Virus record (IMG/VR): IMGVR_UViG_3300025292_000001
Origin: a virus
Length of the DNA stretch: 41,712 nt
Direction: 5' to 3' (one strand)
The first letter of the stretch is position 1; each line of letters opens with the position of its first letter. The notes beneath the pieces were generated by a model. The model searched no databases, had not been told where the DNA came from, and was given only the letters and a program-made list of their open reading frames with translations. Position numbers and translations under genes: made by a program. Of the stretch, positions 1-7,117 are shown piece by piece.

Positions 1-127
1 ATCCACGGAACGTCCTTCCACATGCGGCCAGGGCCACGGCGGAAGTTCACCCACGGCACATGCTCTGAAGGAACGTCTTCCCAGGCAATCTGCTCGCCCG
101 TTTCCTTGTCGCCAGTGATATACGGGA
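1..127. repeat. Left copy of the exact 127-bp end overlap (identical to 41586..41712)
   Basis: Base-by-base comparison of window start and end. It lies inside the portal reading frame, so it is a circular-assembly overlap, not a physical terminus. Confidence 0.95.
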
Positions 128-566
128 CATAGCGAACGCGGGTGACGCCACGGCCGACCAGTTCGTTGTCCTGAACCGCCGAATCCATGTTCATGTCGAA
201 GTCGTCGCAATCCAGATCGTAGGAAAGCGCGCGCTCAATGATATCGCCGGCTTCCTTCGCTACCGGATCATCCTTGCTGTACCGCGTGCGAACGTCAGGA
301 ATGGGCGTGGAATTGTAGACGGCGGGGCAGATCGTCTCGATATTCGAGTACAGGATATTGAAATTGTGCTGCCGTTGCGTAGTGCCGAGGTTGCGAGCGT
401 CACCGTTGCGGAAGGTCTCGACGGTGCTCTCTGCTTCCTTGCGCCAGTCTTCCTCTTCCTTCGAGGACAGATCGATCGCAGCGAGCCAGAGCTTCACAAG
501 GCCAGCATCGCCGGCTCCTGCGTCTTTCTCTGTCTCGAACTCGGCAGTATCGACGGCTTCAGACAT
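1..566 (-). CDS. Portal protein, 5' part of the gene (first ~188 codons); the same ORF continues as 40004..41712
   Basis: ATG at 566..564 (MSEAVDTAEFETEKDAG...NFNILYSNIETICPAVY...). The frame runs off the window start and is continuous with 41712 through the overlap. Joined ORF is 2148 nt / 715 aa. TGATG junction with the upstream 78-aa ORF. Position is directly after terL. Confidence 0.85.
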   Translation of the reverse strand, partial: MSEAVDTAEFETEKDAGAGDAGLVKLWLAAIDLSSKEEEDWRKEAESTVETFRNGDARNLGTTQRQHNFNILYSNIETICPAVYNSTPIPDVRTRYSKDDPVAKEAGDIIERALSYDLDCDDFDMNMDSAVQDNELVGRGVTRVRYVPYITGDKETGEQIAWEDVPSEHVPWVNFRRGPGRMWKDVPW

Positions 567-802
567 CAGTACAATGCCACAATCGCTGTTGCAGTCGTCG
601 CGGCCATAATGCGATAGGCGGCAATCCGGTGAACCACGCCAACAGCAATCGCCGTGAGCGTGACAGTCGGGCCACCGTCATAGAACTGCACAGCTAGGTT
701 GCCAGCGCCGCCGACATAGACGGCATTGCACTGGACAACGGTCGTATCGCTTGGGGTGACAGCAGCGCCGCGGCGTGCGCTATCGCTAAAAGTGTCGCTC
801 AT
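566..802 (-). CDS. Hypothetical protein, 78 aa, between terL and portal
   Basis: ATGA start/stop overlap with terL and 1-nt overlap with the portal start, suggesting translational coupling. No recognisable motif. Confidence 0.6.
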   Translation of the reverse strand: MSDTFSDSARRGAAVTPSDTTVVQCNAVYVGGAGNLAVQFYDGGPTVTLTAIAVGVVHRIAAYRIMAATTATAIVALY

Positions 803-2286
803 TGTGCGCGCCTCCTTCGTTCCTGGCGTTTGATCAGTTCGGCTATGGAGAGGTTGGATTTAACCAGGCCCGTTTTCTCGTCAGCCTCGAAGCTGAGTTC
901 ACGAACCGGCTCTTTCTTCTTCACTTCGCGAATGTACGGGCGAGACATGCAGGCGTAGCGCGCCTCATCTGCAACGTGGTCTTCGGACTCTGTGTCCAGA
1001 TCTTCCGGCCTGTCAGCGTCATGCTGGAGCAGCGGGACGGTGCGGATGAAATCATTGCAGGTCGAGAACACGAATAGCGCCGGCCTCTCGCCGTCACCCT
1101 TCATTCGTCCCCGCATCTGGTCCCAGCCGCCTAATGCCCCCTTCTGGGACACGCGCTTGTTGTCAGCCGGTCGGAATGTGACCTTGTGGTCAGTGGCTTT
1201 CGACATGCGCTCATGGATCGAAGGACCGCCATCCTGCGAGAAAGCTGCCGGGTCCAGAACGCCATATGCGATTTTGTCACCGACTTCCTTTGCCTGTATC
1301 CCTAGCCCGACCTCTTCGGCCGTCATCTTCAGGCCCGTATTCGGCTCGCCTTCCTTGCAGCCGTACCACTCACGATAGCGGACGATCGAACCGCGCGGGA
1401 TGATGCCAGTCTCAGTCTGATAATCGTCCGAGGCGATGGCCCACCATCCAACCGAGAACGGCCGAGCAGAGCCCCAGTCCATCGAGCGAAAGCGCGTCCA
1501 ATCCTCCGGGATAGTGAACGGGCGAACCACATGGCTTGCGGTATCCCAGCAATCGAAGAATGCGCCCTCAACCGCGTTCCAGTCCCCAGAGAGCCAAGCC
1601 TTAACAAGCTGCTCCGAACCGACGAGGTAGAGGTTGTTGATGTACTCCGGGTCATTCGCCATCAGGAGCTTGTTGTCCTGGATGCGCGAAGGAATGAACA
1701 CGTACCGGTGCTCTTTGCCGTTCGGCAGCTTGCGAACCAAGAGCTTCATGCCGCTTGGTGCCTGGTCGATGTACCTCTGTTTGATCCAGTGCTGTCCAGC
1801 GCCGCCAGGATTGCCCGTCAGGATCAATTGTGTCGGAACGCCCTTGGCAGAGCGCAGAATCCCAAACAGCCTGTCGATCGGCTTAGGATCGGGGTAGATG
1901 CCCGCTTCCTCGATGCAGGCGTCTGAAACGTTCTGCCCTTGGTATTTGTCGGCGTCCTGAACACGCTCAAGAGGCCTGAACCTCAATCGACCGCCGCCAG
2001 GGAAGAACCACGTCTTCTTCTGGTCATTCCATTGCGCGCCGATCTTCCCGTAAATCTCCTTGCTGCGCTCAATCGCGTCGTCGAGCATTGGAAGCTCACG
2101 ACGGCAGAACAGCGCATTGAAGCCGTCACCGTATCGAGCCGCTTTGATGGCGTATTTGCCTAGAACGCCGTCAGTCTTCCCGCCCCCACGAGCGCCACCG
2201 AAGAAGATTTCTCGGAAGGGGCAATCAACAAGCGCCTTTTGCGGGCCGGCTTGAGGAGCCCATGCGAACTTAGTCTTCGGCTGCAT
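799..2286 (-). CDS. terL: Terminase large subunit
   Basis: 495 aa. Walker A FGGARGGGKT near the N-terminus, ATPase half followed by an acidic nuclease half. Immediately upstream of portal. Confidence 0.9.
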   Translation of the reverse strand: MQPKTKFAWAPQAGPQKALVDCPFREIFFGGARGGGKTDGVLGKYAIKAARYGDGFNALFCRRELPMLDDAIERSKEIYGKIGAQWNDQKKTWFFPGGGRLRFRPLERVQDADKYQGQNVSDACIEEAGIYPDPKPIDRLFGILRSAKGVPTQLILTGNPGGAGQHWIKQRYIDQAPSGMKLLVRKLPNGKEHRYVFIPSRIQDNKLLMANDPEYINNLYLVGSEQLVKAWLSGDWNAVEGAFFDCWDTASHVVRPFTIPEDWTRFRSMDWGSARPFSVGWWAIASDDYQTETGIIPRGSIVRYREWYGCKEGEPNTGLKMTAEEVGLGIQAKEVGDKIAYGVLDPAAFSQDGGPSIHERMSKATDHKVTFRPADNKRVSQKGALGGWDQMRGRMKGDGERPALFVFSTCNDFIRTVPLLQHDADRPEDLDTESEDHVADEARYACMSRPYIREVKKKEPVRELSFEADEKTGLVKSNLSIAELIKRQERRRRAQ

Positions 2287-2563
2287 TCTGCTTCAGCCAA
2301 GCGTCCTCAGATACTGGCTCGCCGCTCACAACGAAATTAACGTTCATGCCGCCCTCGACCTGCGTCGGCAAGACTTTGCCCAGCAGCGCCATAAACGGGC
2401 CCGGGTTTAACTTCGCCTGAGCTTCAAGATACGAGACAAGCCCATCGTTGCCGAACTCTTTGCCGGCCAATTCGCCAGCCTTCAGGATCGAGTCCTTCAA
2501 CAGAGCGGTTGTTTTGTTCGGCGTTCCCTTTTGCCGACCACCTGTTTTGTGTCCCTGAGCCAT
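2270..2563 (-). CDS. Small basic protein upstream of terL, probable terminase small subunit
   Basis: 97 aa, basic N-terminus MAQGHKTGGRQKGTPNKTT. 17-nt overlap with terL. First gene after the divergent intergenic region. The call rests on position only. Confidence 0.5.
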   Translation of the reverse strand: MAQGHKTGGRQKGTPNKTTALLKDSILKAGELAGKEFGNDGLVSYLEAQAKLNPGPFMALLGKVLPTQVEGGMNVNFVVSGEPVSEDAWLKQNAAED

Positions 2564-2602
2564 AGGCTTACCTGTCTAATCCACTCTACTTTAGATGATG
2601 TA

Positions 2603-2642
2603 TTGAATTTCCGTAACTACAGCTTATAATTACCGTAGTTAC
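2603..2642 (+). promoter_or_regulatory. brnA promoter TTGAAT-16-TATAAT with flanking inverted repeat GTAACTAC/GTAGTTAC (operator-like)
   Basis: -35 at 2603-2608, -10 at 2625-2630. Inverted-repeat arms at 2613-2620 and 2635-2642 bracket the -10. SD AGGAAAGG at 2643-2650 precedes the ATG at 2659. Confidence 0.6.
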
Positions 2643-2658
2643 AGGAAAGGATTGCACT

Positions 2659-2916
2659 ATGGCCCTATTCCATCAGATCAAACGCAATGCCGAAGTGAAG
2701 GCTGAGGCTTATGCCCAAAAGGTCAAAGCCATTCAAAGCCTAGCCCCCGCAGAAGGGGTTCACCCGAAGAATAGGCCGGGAAGAAAGCCAGACCCGAATG
2801 CTAAGAAGCTCCTGACGCTGCGCCTTGATCCTGATGTTATCGAGCATTTCAAAGCTGCCGGCGAAGGCTGGCAAACCCGAATGAATGAAGCGCTTCGAAA
2901 AGCCGCGGGCCTTTAA
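2659..2916 (+). CDS. brnA: BrnA-family (DUF4415) type II antitoxin homologue, no cognate toxin gene nearby
   Basis: 85 aa. The C-terminal GRKPDPNAKKLLTLRLDPDVIEHFKAAGEGWQTRMNEALRKAAGL matches the BrnA signature (GRP..K..v.lRlD.dvl..fka.G.GwQtrin.aLr). Own promoter and SD. Confidence 0.75.
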   Translation: MALFHQIKRNAEVKAEAYAQKVKAIQSLAPAEGVHPKNRPGRKPDPNAKKLLTLRLDPDVIEHFKAAGEGWQTRMNEALRKAAGL

Positions 2917-3131
2917 GCGAACTGCGCCACTTCGGCGTCTTCCACTACCTGCCAATGTCTTTTGGCCGCCTCTGGGAGCAAAACATACGCTGCTTCGATC
3001 GATGATGCGCCACCATGGACAGATGCCATCATCAGCGTGAGGCACGAGGCAAGCTCATATGCTGTGATGTCTGGGTGTGGAGACCAGAGGTATTCTTTGG
3101 GCTTTGGAAGGAATGAGATTGTGGCTGTCAC
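2913..3131 (-). CDS. Hypothetical protein, ~72 aa (GTG start; ORF is open to 3149)
   Basis: TAGTG junction with the 191-aa ORF. GGAGGA lies 9 nt upstream of the GTG at 3131. The stop overlaps the brnA stop (TTAA). Confidence 0.4.
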   Translation of the reverse strand: MTATISFLPKPKEYLWSPHPDITAYELASCLTLMMASVHGGASSIEAAYVLLPEAAKRHWQVVEDAEVAQFA

Positions 3132-3706
3132 TAAGGACGCTCCTCCCACCTTGCACTGAATACGCCCGTAATCGCGTCTGTCGCGCTCAGGTTCTGCAAT
3201 CGGAAATAATAGGTGGCAGCTGCCACGCCGCGCTCGTCCCCGCCCTCAGCGCCTACCGTAAATGCTTGGTTCGTGTTGTTGTTGGCCTTGAGCCTGAGAA
3301 CGTCGATTTCCGTTCCGCCTGTATGTGTGCCGCCCGCTGTAAGGGCGATCTGGGTCGTATAGAACGGCGTCGGGCGCTCGCTCATGTTGTTGCGCCCGAA
3401 GATCGGCAGTGTTTCTGAGAAAGTGCCGCCTTCCGTACCGCCGACAACTGTTGCCAATCGCAAATGACCCGCTTCAGCCTGGACAGCCAGCCCGAACAGA
3501 ATCACGTTGATCGGGACAACAGCCTTAATGACATACGTCGAAGAAATGGCGATGTTCAGTTCCTTGAACGTGCGGAACTCACGGCCGGCGAAGAAGCCTG
3601 TCTGTCCTACGTCAACGCGGAAACGCCGGTTAGGGCCTGTCCCGCCATCCGTCATCAAATCTTCGGAGAGAAGCCAGTGCTGGCTGTTGTCTTGGAACAG
3701 CGTCAT
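3131..3706 (-). CDS. Hypothetical protein, 191 aa, Gly/Thr-rich and probably all-beta
   Basis: ATG with GGGAAG SD. No recognised motif. Confidence 0.6.
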   Translation of the reverse strand: MTLFQDNSQHWLLSEDLMTDGGTGPNRRFRVDVGQTGFFAGREFRTFKELNIAISSTYVIKAVVPINVILFGLAVQAEAGHLRLATVVGGTEGGTFSETLPIFGRNNMSERPTPFYTTQIALTAGGTHTGGTEIDVLRLKANNNTNQAFTVGAEGGDERGVAAATYYFRLQNLSATDAITGVFSARWEERP

Positions 3707-3730
3707 CTCACTTCCCTGTTGTTGGGTTGG

Positions 3731-3871
3731 TCAGCGCTTGCCGGTCTTCGGGTCAACCCAGCCGGAGCACTTGCAAGGCTCGCAAGTGCCAGGAGCGAAG
3801 GCGCCGCGGCCAATCTTGTCGGCAAAGCCAGTTCCTGCGCATTTCTCGCAGGTGACAAGACCGTTGCTCAT
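3731..3871 (-). CDS. Small zinc-ribbon protein, 46 aa (below the ORF-track cutoff)
   Basis: My own translation is MSNGLVTCEKCAGTGFADKIGRGAFAPGTCEPCKCSGWVDPKTGKR, with CxxCxGxG ... CxxCxC. ATGA overlap with the upstream ORF. GGGAGGGAAGGG SD. Confidence 0.65.
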   Translation of the reverse strand: MSNGLVTCEKCAGTGFADKIGRGAFAPGTCEPCKCSGWVDPKTGKR

Positions 3872-4251
3872 CCCTTCCCTCCCGTTGGCTTTGGGATCAC
3901 TGAAGATATGAACTCATCCATATCCCTCTGCCAGAGAGGATGACCTTTCCCTGGGTTCTCAATGTCTGCCCCATATTCACCGTTGAATCCTTCGCCTGCG
4001 GAATTGAAGCCAGCGATATATACCTTCCTCAGAAGGTCTACCGGGGCGACAAGCTCAGGCCACTGTTTGCAGACGAATTCCATAAACGCTTGAGCGGCAG
4101 CGTCTGGGTTGTCGCGGTATTTCTCTCCGAACTCGATAGTTCCGTCAGGCTTAAAGCCTACGATCATCTCAGAATATGAGAGCAAGCCTTCGCCATAGAT
4201 CATGGTACCTAAGGCCGTTCTATGCCTGTCTGCCAGAATAAAATCACTCAT
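3868..4251 (-). CDS. Hypothetical protein, 127 aa; first gene after the terminator
   Basis: ATG with AGGA SD 8 nt upstream. No recognised motif. Confidence 0.6.
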   Translation of the reverse strand: MSDFILADRHRTALGTMIYGEGLLSYSEMIVGFKPDGTIEFGEKYRDNPDAAAQAFMEFVCKQWPELVAPVDLLRKVYIAGFNSAGEGFNGEYGADIENPGKGHPLWQRDMDEFISSVIPKPTGGKG

Positions 4252-4347
4252 TTGCTTTATCCTTTGTCGGAAGGATGGACGAGCGGGACCGACATCCCGC
4301 CCGCCCGTTGCGCAACTTCTTTCAGCTTGTCGGAGCTGATGGGAACG

Positions 4348-4382
4348 AGAAAACCCCGCCCTCGGGTTATCCGGGGACGGGG
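4348..4382 (-). terminator. Strong rho-independent terminator (minus strand)
   Basis: Arms 4354-4365 and 4371-4382 form a 12-position GC-rich stem (one mismatch, one G.U) with a 5-nt loop. On the minus strand it is followed by TTTTCT (4353-4348). Confidence 0.75.
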
Positions 4383-4454
4383 CTGTGAATGGTGCATCCG
4401 GCGCAGCTAAAGCGCTGCTTGGTTACCGACACACGGACCGGAGTTCGTTGCCGC

Positions 4455-4604
4455 CTATGCGGCGAATGGCTTTGGAATGGTGGCGGCTCTCGAACCGCTT
4501 ACGATGCCTCGTTTATCCATGCGGCTATACGGAAGCATCCGTAACCCTGCGCCCACCAGGAGATAGCCCACCAATCCAAACTGGAAATTCATAACCAGAC
4601 GCAT
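4455..4604 (-). CDS. Possible small membrane protein, 49 aa (MRLVMNFQFGLVGYLLVGAGL...); may instead be a non-coding leader
   Basis: Open frame with one hydrophobic helix. Hand-counted GC3 is about 59 percent. No SD. Lies between the 209-aa ORF and the terminator. Confidence 0.3.
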   Translation of the reverse strand: MRLVMNFQFGLVGYLLVGAGLRMLPYSRMDKRGIVSGSRAATIPKPFAA

Positions 4605-4610
4605 GTCTGA

Positions 4611-5240
4611 TCATTGACTTACGGTAATACCCGATTTGCCGTACTTGCGCAAGCCATCCTGATAGATAAGCTCATTCAATCCACGCCTTAGCCATTCCAT
4701 TTGACGGTCTGGCATCAAGCGCATGGCCTCAGCATCCATAACGAACAGATTATGTATCGTCTGCTTTACCTGTGGTCCTTCACTGCAGCCCTTCAGAATG
4801 CCGATGAGGCGCATCATCTCGTTCGATGCACGTGTGGCCCTCTCCTGCGCTGTTTGGGTTTCCTCGCCTGCGTATCCCTTGACCTTGCCAAGCTCTTGAG
4901 CGCGTGCCGTGGGGAACGGGAGGCCCACTGCGAGGCAATAGCGAAGTGCAACGATGGCGTACTGGTTGCCGGCGTTTAGCTGCTCCTTGTTGATCTTACC
5001 GTCGATAAAGAGGCGCCCTGCCGTGTACCCGCCGTACTCGCCTACATCATTGGCCGGGACGTGCTGAAGCTTATGAACTCGGGTGCGTGCTTCCATGACG
5101 ATCGACTTCACCTCGCGTTCTGTTTCTTCCCTGGCGTAGTTCTTGTCTATCTGTCCGCATGGGTGGCGGGGTACGCCCTGCTTGCGTGGACGGCCTTGCT
5201 TGATGCGCTTAGCTCTGAGACGAGAGGCTTGTGAGGTCAT
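4611..5240 (-). CDS. Hypothetical protein, 209 aa, last large gene of the early-left chain
   Basis: Start MTSQASRLRAKRIKQGRPRK with AAGGAGGAAGC SD and an ATGA overlap. The 300-aa track ORF is a 5' over-extension. Confidence 0.7.
   Translation of the reverse strand: MTSQASRLRAKRIKQGRPRKQGVPRHPCGQIDKNYAREETEREVKSIVMEARTRVHKLQHVPANDVGEYGGYTAGRLFIDGKINKEQLNAGNQYAIVALRYCLAVGLPFPTARAQELGKVKGYAGEETQTAQERATRASNEMMRLIGILKGCSEGPQVKQTIHNLFVMDAEAMRLMPDRQMEWLRRGLNELIYQDGLRKYGKSGITVSQ
4624..4652 (-). promoter_or_regulatory. Candidate sigma70-type promoter TTGCGC-17-TATTAC reading toward the 4348-4382 terminator
   Basis: -35 at 4652-4647, -10 at 4629-4624, 17-nt spacer. Sequence match only. Confidence 0.3.
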
Positions 5241-5482
5241 GCTTCCTCCTTGAGGGCCGCTTGGATCATGGCGGTGAAGATGTCGTACGTCTCGTTCACC
5301 ACGTCCACATCTCGTCCCGCAATCAGCATTCCCTCTGTCGGCTCCATCATCGCCTCTATGGCGGCGCGGGCGGCCTCCAAGTACGGGCGCCTGTGATGCT
5401 CCTCCACATCCTCGAACTGCACGTTTCCGTTCGTGAATGCGTCCGTGATCGCCTGGGCAACTTTCTCGACCATCGTGCTCAT
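5237..5482 (-). CDS. Hypothetical acidic protein, 81 aa
   Basis: Start MSTMVEKVAQAITDAF. ATGA overlaps at both ends. Confidence 0.6.
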   Translation of the reverse strand: MSTMVEKVAQAITDAFTNGNVQFEDVEEHHRRPYLEAARAAIEAMMEPTEGMLIAGRDVDVVNETYDIFTAMIQAALKEEA

Positions 5483-5616
5483 TGCCAGCCCCACAACGCA
5501 TAGCCGAGAGCAATGCCAGCGCTGAAGATCAGGCAAACCAACAGAGCGGCGAATGCATCTGCTTGCCAACCGCGAAGGACAAATTCCCCGATCTTGATGT
5601 ATGCGTCACTGCTCAT
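5479..5616 (-). CDS. Small membrane protein, 45 aa (below the ORF-track cutoff)
   Basis: My own translation is MSSDAYIKIGEFVLRGWQADAFAALLVCLIFSAGIALGYALWGWQ. ATGA overlaps at both ends. Confidence 0.55.
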   Translation of the reverse strand: MSSDAYIKIGEFVLRGWQADAFAALLVCLIFSAGIALGYALWGWQ

Positions 5617-6197
5617 GCTGCTTTCCCTTCTCGCTGGGCCGTAACCTTGTGCACTGCATGCAAAATTGTCGTGTGATCGCGACCGCCAAAAATCTTTCCA
5701 ACTGCCGGCAGTGAGAGATCAGGGCGCTGTTTATACACTTCGTACATGCAACGCTGGCGAGGCGGGATAAGGTGACGAGTACGGCGTATCCCTTGGACTT
5801 CGGCCCATGTAACGTCAGGGAAATCACGCAATACCTCGGCGATGATATCCTTGACCGGGCGGCGGTATTCCTTAAGCCCCTCGCCGATCACCTCACTTTC
5901 ACCATAAGTACTGAGCTTTTCTGCCTGAGACAGGATGCGAGCATGAGCATCTGCCAAATCCAAGAGAAGCCGGTCTATCACCTCTTGCTTCGCCTGGATC
6001 TGCTGGGCTGCTTCGGATTTTCTGCCGTCCAACTCAGCAGCCATGGCCTCGATTTGACGCCGCAGCTCATTGACCTGCTTATGATGGTCGGTTGAGATGT
6101 TCACAACGGAGCGAACAGAATTCTTCGGGTTCATGAGCCTATCACGTACCGCGGCGTAGTGATGTACCTGCTTGGCAAACTGTGTGTCATGCTGCAT
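5613..6197 (-). CDS. DnaA domain-IV (DnaA-box-binding HTH) containing protein, 194 aa
   Basis: The C-terminal RTRHLIPPRQRCMYEVYKQRPDLSLPAVGKIFGGRDHTTILHAVHKV matches the DnaA C-terminal signature (R..a.. RQiaMY..r....Slp.IG..FGgRDHTTVlha..ki). AAGGAGA SD. Coiled-coil N-terminal half. Confidence 0.8.
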   Translation of the reverse strand: MQHDTQFAKQVHHYAAVRDRLMNPKNSVRSVVNISTDHHKQVNELRRQIEAMAAELDGRKSEAAQQIQAKQEVIDRLLLDLADAHARILSQAEKLSTYGESEVIGEGLKEYRRPVKDIIAEVLRDFPDVTWAEVQGIRRTRHLIPPRQRCMYEVYKQRPDLSLPAVGKIFGGRDHTTILHAVHKVTAQREGKAA

Positions 6198-6381
6198 TGA
6201 TATTCTCCTTCGAGCCGATAGGGCCCCAGACTTCATCTCTCGCCCATGCATGCGTACTGCCTGGCGGGAACTCTTTCGCTTTGCCCTTCGCTAGCCACCG
6301 GTCCCTATCCACGCCCGAGGCTATGAGGGCTCTTTTCTCTCTGTGCATTTGGGAGAGTTGGGATTGGCGGAGGTCTTTCAT
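6187..6381 (-). CDS. Hypothetical protein, 64 aa
   Basis: Start MKDLRQSQL, with an ATGA overlap with the DUF551 gene stop. Confidence 0.5.
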   Translation of the reverse strand: MKDLRQSQLSQMHREKRALIASGVDRDRWLAKGKAKEFPPGSTHAWARDEVWGPIGSKENINAA

Positions 6382-6749
6382 TTCGGTGGCTCCGGGAGGG
6401 GTTGCCAGTGGGTCGGAAATATCTCCCGCCGAAGACCAGTGTCCGCAGCACGCCAGCACTCTAAATCTGCGTCGAAATACCCCTCAAATACCTTCCTATG
6501 GTCACTGGGGTAATCGGGATCAAACAGGAGAATGTCGGTCCAATCCTTCGGCGCGGTCTCGATTGGTTGCCAATTCGCCTCGGACGTCGCATCGAGGTAG
6601 GCTTGAATGATCGTGCGATCGTCTTTCAACTGCATCGCCATGATGTCATCTGAGGCGTATCGAGCGAGGACGCGCGGACCATTTGTTTTGCACCGAACTG
6701 CGTATCCCTCGCGGGCTGCCTTATCTAGAGCCTCTTCGTTGACCTTCAC
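6378..6749 (-). CDS. DUF551-like phage protein, 123 aa
   Basis: WQPIETAPKDWTDILLF ... PTHWQPLPEPP motif pair typical of DUF551. GTGA junction. Confidence 0.7.
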   Translation of the reverse strand: MKVNEEALDKAAREGYAVRCKTNGPRVLARYASDDIMAMQLKDDRTIIQAYLDATSEANWQPIETAPKDWTDILLFDPDYPSDHRKVFEGYFDADLECWRAADTGLRREIFPTHWQPLPEPPK

Positions 6750-7117
6750 TGCATGGTCCTCACTGCTTGGCGGGCCAGTTCAGCAATCTTACGCCGACGC
6801 TCGGGATCAATCTTGGCTGATGCGGGCTCTTGAGGCTTGATAGGCTCTGGACGGCCGTAGTTGGCGAACGATGGGCGCTGGACACGCGCTTGAACCGGTT
6901 CCCACTCGTCATCCCAGCACTCCCCATTGAGCCAAGTCGCAGGGTGCTTGAAGTCAATCTTCTCGGGCTTCTTGGCGACGTATTCGGTGATCGCCTTGAG
7001 CATGTTTTCGAGGGTGGTTTTCTTGATGGCCTTATCCCAAGCCTTACGGGCTGCGCCTTTGGCTACGCGGCGCGGGTACGATTTCCAGAACGATTCGAAT
7101 TGTTCTTCCTTGGTCAC
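6746..7117 (-). CDS. Conserved phage protein, 123 aa (FESFWKSYPRR...ATWLNGECWDDEW motif), function unknown
   Basis: GTG start with GGGAGA SD and a GTGA overlap with the methyltransferase stop. The 190-aa track ORF is over-extended. Confidence 0.6.
   Translation of the reverse strand: MTKEEQFESFWKSYPRRVAKGAARKAWDKAIKKTTLENMLKAITEYVAKKPEKIDFKHPATWLNGECWDDEWEPVQARVQRPSFANYGRPEPIKPQEPASAKIDPERRRKIAELARQAVRTMQ

Noticed and set aside
1-127. 127-bp repeat as a biological direct terminal repeat (T7-like DTR)
   Set aside because: It interrupts the portal coding sequence, and joining the ends restores the ORF. This is more consistent with a circular-assembly overlap.
4478-4557. tRNA-like string on the minus strand (…GCGGTTCGAGAGCCGCCACCA), resembling a T-arm plus a CCA end
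   Set aside because: I could not fold a cloverleaf. The T-stem would be only 4 bp with an 8-nt loop. There is no 5' strand complementary to the putative acceptor (GGCGGCT is absent), and no D or anticodon arms. The resemblance is probably fortuitous, inside a leader or small ORF.
4611-5513. Long 5' extensions of track ORFs (4611..5513, 7114..7869, 6746..7318, 18808..19971, 5613..6251, 32083..33117, 23886..24851)
   Set aside because: The extensions overlap the upstream genes in another frame and have Arg/Gly-rich composition. Internal starts with SDs or ATGA/GTGA coupling give the conserved N-termini.
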